Positions 56,601 to 61,862 of a DNA stretch of 64,000 nucleotides are shown in pieces (positions within the stretch are counted from its first letter, which is position 1; every line of letters begins with the position of its first letter). Source of the DNA: Myxococcota bacterium (GTDB lineage: Bacteria; Myxococcota_A; UBA796); NCBI GenBank assembly GCA_036156175.1, contig JAYZVA010000027.1:10490-74489 (forward strand), written 5' to 3'. A program made the translations under genes and the position numbers. Under the pieces are notes generated by a model. The model saw only the letters and a list, made by a program, of their open reading frames with translations, was not told where the DNA came from and searched no databases.

Positions 56601-59568
56601 CCTCCTGGACCTTGTCCACGCTGGCTGCGATCCCCGCCATCCGGCCCTTGTCGTCGATCTGAACCCCGGCCATCTCCCGACCCCGGGCACTGACCGCCAC
56701 CAACGCATCACGGAAGCTCAAAATGCCCGCCGCGACCGCCGCCGCGTACTCGCCCAGGGAGTGCCCCGCCACCATGTCCGGAAGAATCCCGTGCGCGGCC
56801 AACAGCCGCAGGATCGCCACGTCGACGGTCAGCGTGGCCGGCTGCGAGATCTCCGTGTCCCGAAGCCGCTCGAACTGCTCTTCTTCGGGAATTTCGGGGT
56901 TGCGTCGGATGAAATCACGAAGGGGTCGCCCAAGTTCGGGCGTCATCACTTCGTCCGCTTCATCAAACGTCGCCGCGACAACCGGGTACATTTCGGCCAA
57001 GTCCAGACCCATGTCGATGTACTGCGATCCTTGGCCGGTGAACAAAAACGCCACTTTGCCGTCGTAGGGCGATTCCTCGACGTGAATGCCCCGCCCGCGC
57101 AGCAGCTCCGTAGAACCGTTCTTTCGCAGCACCTTCAACGCCCGCTCAACCTGATCCCGACGGCTCGCTGAATCCGGAGCAGCAGCAGCCAACCGAATTG
57201 GTGCGGAGGGATCGAAGGGCGCGCTGGTCGACGATTCAAGCGCGCGAATCAGCCCGGGGCGATCCGTGGCACTCACACCCCAGACCCACGCCGGCAGGGG
57301 CCGGTCTTCCAACGCCGGAAGCGGCGACCGACCCGGCGAAGCGGCCGCGGTCGCTGGACCGCGATCCTCTTCCAAGACAACGTGAAAGTTGGTGCCCCCG
57401 AACCCGAACGCGCTCACGCCCACCCGACGCGTCGGGCCATCGGGCCATGCCTCTGTCGACGTCTGGACCGCAAGAGGAACCGCGTCAAATGGTACATCTG
57501 AACGGGCATTATTGAAATTGATGGTCGGAGGGAAGGTCTTGTTATGGAGGGCCAATGCGGCCTTGATGCAACTCGCGGCACCGGCGGCAGACTTCAGGTG
57601 GCCGATGTTTGACTTCACGGAACCAATGCGAATGGGGCCCCGATCGCCGCGACGGCCGGCGCCAATCACCGCGGAAATGCTCTCCACCTCCACCTTGTCG
57701 CCGACCACAGTCGACGTCCCGTGGCATTCGATCAGATCCACATCGACGGGATCAATGCCCGCGGCCGCGTAGGCCCGCTCGAGCGCCAGCCGTTGCCCTC
57801 GAGGGTTGGGCGCCGTGATGCCCTTGCCCTTGCCATCACTCGACGCACCGATGCCCTTGATCACCGCGTAGACACGGTCGCCATCACGGTGGGCGTCTCG
57901 GAGTCGCTTGAGCACAAGAACGCCCGCTCCCTCGCCCATGACAAAGCCGTTTGCATCCCGATCAAAGGGCGCCGAATGATTGGGGGACAACGCGCCGATC
58001 TTGCAGAACTTCGTGTACGTCGGAACGCCCATCGATCGGTCTGCACCACCGGTTACGCACATGTCAATATCGTTGCTCTGAAGTGCCTTTACAGCTGCCT
58101 GTATCGCTGCCATTGAGCTGGCACATGCGGCGTCGACCGTGAAGTTGGGGCCGCACAGGTCAAAGGCATTGGCCACCCGGCCCGCGATCACATTGGACAG
58201 CTCACCCGGCATCGAGTCTTCATTGATGATCGGCAAGTCGCCCTTCACACCGGCTTCGAACCCATCCAGGATGGCGGTCTGTGTGTCGGGGTCGAGTTCG
58301 GCGAACTCCGGCAGCGACTTCAGGGCCTCTTTGAATGCTGGAACTCGGGTTCGGACCACGTAGTCATCCGTCACCTCACCACCCATCGAGTTCCCAAGGA
58401 TGACGCCGACCCGGGTCCGGTCGAATTGCCGATCCTTCCCGTATCCGGCGTCTTCGAGGGCCTCGCCCACGCTCTCGAGCGTGATCTGCTGAACGACCGC
58501 CACTTGCTTCGCGACGTTCGGAGGAATCCGAAACCGCCGGGAGTCAAAGGTGAATCCCTGAAGAAAGCCACCGATTTTCGCGTAGGTCTTGTCCGGCGCG
58601 GTTTTGTCTTCGTCCCAAAACAGTTCCGGGTCCCACCGCTCCTCCGGGACGTCGATGATCGCGCTCTTTCCGTTCACCAAGTTGTCCCAGTACGCGGCGA
58701 CGCTCAACGCACCGGGCAGACGGCAACCGAGACCGATGATCGCCACGGGTTCCTCGCGCTCGCCCGCCAAATCTGCGGCGGCGGGGCTCCGGGTCGGCCG
58801 CCGCACGGGAGCCGTCTGGGGCGTTTCCGATGCGACGGTGTAGGCCCCCAATAAGCCCGTGATTGTGCGGTGCTCCTTGGCCAAATCGATGGCTTGACGG
58901 ACCCCGGGACCCACCGGCCACGCCACCCGGCCCAGGTCGCCGTCCGCAAACCAGTTGGTTGCCAGATCCCAGTATCCCTCGCCATCGAGAAGCCGTCGAA
59001 GAACCGGGGACAACGGCGATGCGGCAATTTGGAAGCCATTGACCACGTGAAACGAACCGCCATCGAGTCGGCCCAATCGCTCCATCATCTGTTTCGGAAG
59101 ACCAATTTCATCGAGCCCAAGCAGGACTTCGGACAACACGACGCCTTCGGCACCGGAGGCCAAGGCGACCGCCGCGTCGCTCGGGCTGAGCCCGGCATCC
59201 AAGATCACGCGCTGGTCGCGTGCGACCCGACTCAGCATCTCCAAACCGCTCAATGCGCCACACGGACCGCCCACCTCTGCGCCCCGCAACACCGCTCCGG
59301 CGAAGCCCGCGGGAAGCGGACCGGGCTCGGTCACTTCCAACCAGGTCTCGCGGTTTCGCACCGGTGCTTTGTGGTTCCCAGCCAAGATGACCGGACCGAC
59401 TCCCGGGACGCTTCGGCGCGTCCGGACGCGGACCCATGCCCCTTCGGGCACGCTGGTCGTCGGGCTGCAGGTAAAGTCCAAAACGGGAATTGCTCCCACG
59501 CTCTGGACGGCCTCAGCAAGCGATGCTCGCTCACCAGGAAGTACGCAGAAAAACGCGCGCTTTGGCAT
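50611..59568 (-). CDS. Multidomain Pfa/PKS-like megasynthase (2,985 aa): ER-like, KS, AT, ACP, KS, ACP, KR, DH, PPTase
   Basis: Track ORF 50611..60141 trimmed to MPKRAFFCVLPG (CAT at 59566-59568, GGAGG 4 nt upstream). The 191 upstream codons overlap the divergent response-regulator gene and are low-complexity. Domain motifs are listed in the sub-features below. Confidence 0.93.
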   Translation of the reverse strand: MPKRAFFCVLPGERASLAEAVQSVGAIPVLDFTCSPTTSVPEGAWVRVRTRRSVPGVGPVILAGNHKAPVRNRETWLEVTEPGPLPAGFAGAVLRGAEVGGPCGALSGLEMLSRVARDQRVILDAGLSPSDAAVALASGAEGVVLSEVLLGLDEIGLPKQMMERLGRLDGGSFHVVNGFQIAASPLSPVLRRLLDGEGYWDLATNWFADGDLGRVAWPVGPGVRQAIDLAKEHRTITGLLGAYTVASETPQTAPVRRPTRSPAAADLAGEREEPVAIIGLGCRLPGALSVAAYWDNLVNGKSAIIDVPEERWDPELFWDEDKTAPDKTYAKIGGFLQGFTFDSRRFRIPPNVAKQVAVVQQITLESVGEALEDAGYGKDRQFDRTRVGVILGNSMGGEVTDDYVVRTRVPAFKEALKSLPEFAELDPDTQTAILDGFEAGVKGDLPIINEDSMPGELSNVIAGRVANAFDLCGPNFTVDAACASSMAAIQAAVKALQSNDIDMCVTGGADRSMGVPTYTKFCKIGALSPNHSAPFDRDANGFVMGEGAGVLVLKRLRDAHRDGDRVYAVIKGIGASSDGKGKGITAPNPRGQRLALERAYAAAGIDPVDVDLIECHGTSTVVGDKVEVESISAVIGAGRRGDRGPIRIGSVKSNIGHLKSAAGAASCIKAALALHNKTFPPTINFNNARSDVPFDAVPLAVQTSTEAWPDGPTRRVGVSAFGFGGTNFHVVLEEDRGPATAAASPGRSPLPALEDRPLPAWVWGVSATDRPGLIRALESSTSAPFDPSAPIRLAAAAPDSASRRDQVERALKVLRKNGSTELLRGRGIHVEESPYDGKVAFLFTGQGSQYIDMGLDLAEMYPVVAATFDEADEVMTPELGRPLRDFIRRNPEIPEEEQFERLRDTEISQPATLTVDVAILRLLAAHGILPDMVAGHSLGEYAAAVAAGILSFRDALVAVSARGREMAGVQIDDKGRMAGIAASVDKVQEVLAEIPGYVVPANKNCATQTVIAGASEPVEAAIEAFVSRGITVYPLPVSHAFHSSIVAPASAPLKTVLERLDIRPPQRPITTNVTSRYYPDGADARAEIIDILAKQVAAPVEWIAQVERMYADGARIFIECGPKRALTGFVASILKRRPHRAIYTNHPKRGGVASFQDALASLTTLGFDVSAHPGAAIPDIFAPPPPRLATSAAMRKWTPAPVDEGRPTQPQATPFILRAVLDVVAMATGYSPEELNLDDELEADLGIDTVKQAEVIAHVRDRFRLDHDPGFRLSQHRTLRDLANYAARRLGSTQPAAIEQVLVDTRGRVAVGSERPTVGGELPHDALSALAEGAARAGLSDGDANQFAASILPAVRGLVQTMLEARPAPLTPPAPVPAPLEPSAPAPVPAAPRSAPAVVPASISVVCSGASVGLPGGEEVFAPDNVARILDGEVRISRLSEATQDGFLAKQVVRVHKDPKTGQGTFKSVEQREEVIRLAGVKAAFDLAEQYGIDPQWVRALDITTQLSFAAGIEALKDAQIPLVQTFHTTRSGKKVSTGWKLPEEMRRSTGVIFASAFPGYDEFAKHMRADGRDDEGNFDRRFLFQVLAMGHSQFAQYIGAQGPNATTNAACASTTQAVAMASDWIRVGRCERVIVVGADDVTSDALMEWIGTGFLATGAATTKDVVEDAALPFDARRHGMILGMGAAGLVVESEASTSARGIVPLGRLLAARFANSAFHGTRLNPEHIATEMDALVAEAVERAGVSRDEFAASAVFMSHETYTPAKGGSAAAEIESLRRAFGAAASNVVVTNTKGFTGHPMGAGIEDTVVLKALQYGRVPPIPHLKQPDPDLGDLRLSRGGAVPVRYGIRLAAGFGSQLALLAWEGLAHAEHRIADAATHREWLKRVSGLAEPTLAEHQRHLRVTEAAAADAGIEPAVVEPPEAAPQLGSASDVLSELLAVISEKTGYGPDELEPDYELEADLGIDTVKQAEIFGQVREQYGLAADESFRLSDYPTIEALAGWLQAQAASQNSAPNVDPVVESAPPPNADAAPPAPLAATVQSDRGALPASFRLRRPIGVARPPWQMGTIKGRIVTVLGTTPLADAIRTAVVAKGGRLDGPPDAIIDAGTDVFESFEQAQSVAEARPRDWVCAAHVGRVAVDPVTGRDFGSTAGFAKAVGREWDGTAARVVNVDRSMDVETAAALVIEELGTNDGSIEIAWGSDGRTAVELQLMDFPEQGAALTASVVALTGGTRGITAQVAKAFAGRGVSKLALLARTAPGTEPLDEAAAKASAKASLEESGMRATPAAVRDIVAPLKRAEEARRNVEAMRAMGAEVEFFQVDLADPEAVRSCLDRVRTSFGPIDVLVHGAGVEESRLIEDKDAGGFHRVYDGKAVGGLALAEALEPEAFFVSMGSVAGRFGNPGQVDYSAANEAMAQVCFARPASLHVDWTAWADVGMAVRGGMDKLLGDRGVEMLPAGPGSELLVDMVAAKLVGEVVVSGRLGDFGIAPAHPLIDGVEMDGESIIGTRSLSLVSDPWIADHAIDGKPVLPGVVGLEMMAAVAAMADPGHRYAGARNVVYEAPIKLHGDAPTTVVVTATPADGGVQCTVSSSRTARTGRVIETKHFSATVVWVPTDAADLPPMGMPDHPVSGDEIYARFFHGPAFQVLNRVTGVTSDGLLAEGAVRHLGIAGGMATAPLVLEAAFQAAGLHGMMLDGIMALPRAIGSVDVCGSVRDDEALHLTVRAQGSAYDVDVSTERGRVLRLRGFEMVQAGPLPPDGGFEPPAGGWSPAVIARVKAEDAEADASALLTDRERAVIAERGTEKRQSDRTLGRVAAKRALVQLTGMDPQTFRIENRASGEPYAVTLEGVELPHVSISHRDGEAIAIATSAGRAGVDLERIEARAPSFSETWFRVSERAMCQGDPRRESQVWAIKEAVLKALGTGLQLDPRDVEVLNIADGRAEVRLYGQASQRHAALGGGELSVDIQDDQSMVIAVAWLAS
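50614..51219 (-). other. C-terminal 4'-phosphopantetheinyl transferase domain
   Basis: LGRVAAKRAL, ISHRDG, GVDLERIE, WAIKEAVLKALG. Confidence 0.75.
51292..52095 (-). other. PKS-type dehydratase (double hot-dog)
   Basis: HPLIDG. ADHAIDGKPVLPG fits HxxxGxxxxP. Confidence 0.7.
52102..53409 (-). other. Ketoreductase (structural plus catalytic SDR subdomains)
   Basis: ALTGGTRGIT Rossmann motif and GQVDYSAAN catalytic Tyr. Confidence 0.8.
53548..53778 (-). other. Carrier-protein domain 2, with Thr at the expected phosphopantetheine Ser
   Basis: PDYELEADLGIDTVKQAEIFGQV. The Thr codon is ACG, at 53665-53667. Confidence 0.75.
53968..55362 (-). other. Ketosynthase domain 2 (Cys/His/His retained)
   Basis: NAACASTTQAVAMA, SHETYTPAKGG, GFTGHPMGAG. 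Confidence 0.8.
55696..55929 (-). other. Carrier-protein domain 1, with Thr at the expected phosphopantetheine Ser
   Basis: LDDELEADLGIDTVKQAEVIAHV. The Thr codon is ACC, at 55822-55824. Confidence 0.75.
56152..57060 (-). other. Acyltransferase domain (malonyl-type)
   Basis: FLFTGQGSQY, GHSLGEYAA, VSHAFHS (HAFH). Confidence 0.9.
57367..58752 (-). other. Ketosynthase domain 1
   Basis: EPVAIIGLGCRLPGA, DAACASS (Cys codon at 58123-58125), ECHGTSTVVGD, SNIGHLKSAAG. Confidence 0.9.
58807..59568 (-). other. N-terminal TIM-barrel-like domain resembling NMO/FabK/PfaD-type enoyl reductases, degenerate
   Basis: LAEAVQSVGAIPVLDF, AGAVLRGAEVGGPCG (compare GxEAGGHxG), and ALASGAEGVVLSEVLLGLDE (compare LGAdGVqmGT). 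The resemblance is at motif level only. Confidence 0.4.
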
Positions 59569-59630
59569 GTGGCCTCCGCGAAGTCGGGGGCGCCTTAACC
59601 CTAGAACCGAATAAAAGGAACCCCTTCCGC

Positions 59631-59651
59631 GCGCACTCGCGACCAGTGCGC
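59631..59651. promoter_or_regulatory. 7-bp perfect inverted repeat in the 96-bp megasynthase / response-regulator divergent spacer
   Basis: GCGCACT (59631-59637), 7 nt, AGTGCGC (59645-59651). It ends 14 nt before the GTG start at 59665. Confidence 0.25.
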
Positions 59652-59664
59652 TATTCTCAGCCAC

Positions 59665-60825
59665 GTGGACCGGCGACCAATTCAAGACTTGCTGACCGAA
59701 TTGAACCTCGACAAACCGCGGTGTCGTGGCGTCTTGTTGGTGGACGATGAATTCGAGGTTTTGGCCGTCCTGGAGGCGCTGCTGGACGACGATTGGGACG
59801 TCCACACCGCGCAAAGCGGCAAGGCGGCGCTGGAGTTGTTGGAGTCCGAGCCGACGATTCAGTTGGTGATCACCGATCAACGGATGCCCGAGATGACCGG
59901 CGTCGAGTTGCTGCAGACGGTCGCCGAGTCGCATCCGGATCTGTATCGGATGGTGCTCACGGCCTACTCCGATGTGGACCCGATCGTCGCCGCCATCAAC
60001 CAAGGGAAAGTGGACCAGTTCATCCTGAAGCCGTGGGACCCCGAGCGGATTCGCACGCTGGTAGAGGAGGGGTTGGCGGTGTGCGAGCGCCGAATCGCCA
60101 TGCGCACAATCGTCGCCGAACTCACCGAGCGATTCCAACACAAGAACGCGGAGTTGAGCTCACTGAAGACCGAAGCGGAACAAGACCAAGCCAGCGCGTG
60201 GCTGGACAGCCTCGAAACGCTGGGCGCCGATGTGCTCGATGCCCTTCAACCGATCCTGACCACGGTCCAGATGGCGTGTCCAGACTCCGAGGCCATTCGC
60301 GAGTCGGCAAAACGCACGCGGTGTCTCGCCGAGGACATTCGCCGGCTGAGCGCCACGGAGCAAAAACGGGATCGAACCACGATTCCCCCCCGCAAACTCG
60401 TGAGCGATGCCGTCCGGCTGCTGGTCGATGATGCCTTCGGTCAGCACAACCCGGTGCACGTGAACATCGAACCGTCGCTCGAGTCCCTGTCCATCATCGC
60501 GGAACCGACCCGACAGGCCCTGCTGAACATGCTTCGCAACGCAATTCGCGCGTCTGAAGAAGGAAGTCCCGTACAGGTGGGGCTCCGCTCGGAGGCGGAT
60601 GGCATGTTGGTGATCGAGGTCATCGACTCCGGGATCGGCATCGCCCCCGAGCGTTTGCAAGACGCGGCTGAGCCCTTCTTCAGCGCATTCGAACCGCCCG
60701 GAAATGGCCTTGGGCTGACGCTGGTTCGCTTGGTCGCAGAGCTGCATGGCGGGCGCCTTGCGATTCTCGAGAACGATCCGAACGGCACGATTTGCCAGGT
60801 CTGGCTTCCAGCGGGGGCGGCATGA
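59665..60825 (+). CDS. Receiver domain fused to a histidine-kinase-like ATPase; the DHp segment appears to lack the phospho-His
   Basis: GTG start. REC domain: VLLVDDE, LVITDQRMPEMTG, KPW. Where the H-box is expected, the sequence reads LGADVLDALQPILTTV. CA domain: LLNMLRNAIRAS, VIDSGIGI, GNGLGLTLV. Confidence 0.83.
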   Translation: MDRRPIQDLLTELNLDKPRCRGVLLVDDEFEVLAVLEALLDDDWDVHTAQSGKAALELLESEPTIQLVITDQRMPEMTGVELLQTVAESHPDLYRMVLTAYSDVDPIVAAINQGKVDQFILKPWDPERIRTLVEEGLAVCERRIAMRTIVAELTERFQHKNAELSSLKTEAEQDQASAWLDSLETLGADVLDALQPILTTVQMACPDSEAIRESAKRTRCLAEDIRRLSATEQKRDRTTIPPRKLVSDAVRLLVDDAFGQHNPVHVNIEPSLESLSIIAEPTRQALLNMLRNAIRASEEGSPVQVGLRSEADGMLVIEVIDSGIGIAPERLQDAAEPFFSAFEPPGNGLGLTLVRLVAELHGGRLAILENDPNGTICQVWLPAGAA

Positions 60826-61862
60826 GCACGCTGCACGAACTCCTCGCATCGTACGCCGTTCCCCTGCAACTGTGGTTGACACCGGAAGCGCGAAAGCGCG
60901 CCGCCGACCCGCTGATCGCGGCATTCGAGGACACGGCCCTCGTCAACACCCGGCCCCTCTCGGGTCTGGCGAACCTCGACGGACCCGCCGTCGTCGTGAT
61001 CGCGGCCAATGAACTTCAGGGCCGGCGAGAGGGAGACCTCCGCGAGTTGGTCCGCCGAGCCCACCCTGGACGAGCCGTGATGCTGGGCGGCACGTCGGAT
61101 CGGGACACGTTGATGACCGCAATCAATGAATGGGGGGTGATTCGGGTGGTTGGCGCAGACGACCCCCCGGAAGCCATCGTCAGCGCGGTCCGAGCCGCCA
61201 GCCAAAACCTCAAGCGCGAGGTGGCGCTTGAATCGGCCATCGATGACCTCGACATCGAGACCACGATGCTCGCCTCGGCAATCGATCACCTCGACGCGGG
61301 CCGCGCGGCGGCATTGGAGCGAACCGAAGGGCACGCATCGAACACGCTTTCAAATGGGTTGGCCCGCGCACTGAACCGCGAGGCAGGGGTGGTCCGCGAC
61401 CTCGCTCAGGCCGACGAGGGGCTTTCGGTTGCCATCGAAGCCATCGAAGCCTTGACCGCGATGGTCGAGCAGGCGGGGGTGCGCGCGATCGAACGCGCGG
61501 CAGAATTGCCGCATGCACCCGAGGACCTCGACGCCATCATCCGCGGCTTCTGTGCGATCTGGGCGGCGCAGCACGGCGAGCCTTTGGGCGGCCACGTCGG
61601 AACGGGTGCGCGCGCGTTCGTCGACCCCCTTGCCCTCACCGGCACGCTGCTGGCGGTGTGCACCCGCCAATCGGGCGCTCAGCCCACGCGAGTCGACGCC
61701 CATCGGTCCGGCGACCGCGCCATCGTTGACATTGAATTCTCCCTCCCGCTGGAATCCACCGACGCAACCATGCGCGCTGCCGAAGTGGATTTTCTCGATG
61801 TTTCCACCGAATCGAACCGCCTTCGAATCGCCATTTCGCTTCCGGATTCCGACCATGGATGA
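60822..61862 (+). CDS. Pseudo-receiver plus degenerate kinase-like protein (346 aa)
   Basis: Trimmed to MSTLHELL, with an ATGA overlap at 60822-60825. REC-like fold in which VVVIAANEL replaces the phospho-Asp segment. Also contains a coiled-coil segment. The C-terminus resembles a CA domain without G-boxes. Confidence 0.6.
   Translation: MSTLHELLASYAVPLQLWLTPEARKRAADPLIAAFEDTALVNTRPLSGLANLDGPAVVVIAANELQGRREGDLRELVRRAHPGRAVMLGGTSDRDTLMTAINEWGVIRVVGADDPPEAIVSAVRAASQNLKREVALESAIDDLDIETTMLASAIDHLDAGRAAALERTEGHASNTLSNGLARALNREAGVVRDLAQADEGLSVAIEAIEALTAMVEQAGVRAIERAAELPHAPEDLDAIIRGFCAIWAAQHGEPLGGHVGTGARAFVDPLALTGTLLAVCTRQSGAQPTRVDAHRSGDRAIVDIEFSLPLESTDATMRAAEVDFLDVSTESNRLRIAISLPDSDHG

Noticed and set aside
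50647-57171. Plus-strand ORFs 50647..53457 (936 aa), 53533..55878 (781 aa) and 56053..57171 (372 aa)
   Set aside because: They are antisense to the megasynthase and contain no motifs. The minus-strand frame carries complete KS, AT, ACP, KR, DH and PPTase signatures.
59569-60141. First 191 codons of the 3176-aa track ORF
   Set aside because: This stretch is low-complexity and antisense to the receiver-domain gene. The internal Met at 59568 has a GGAGG RBS and begins the first recognisable domain.
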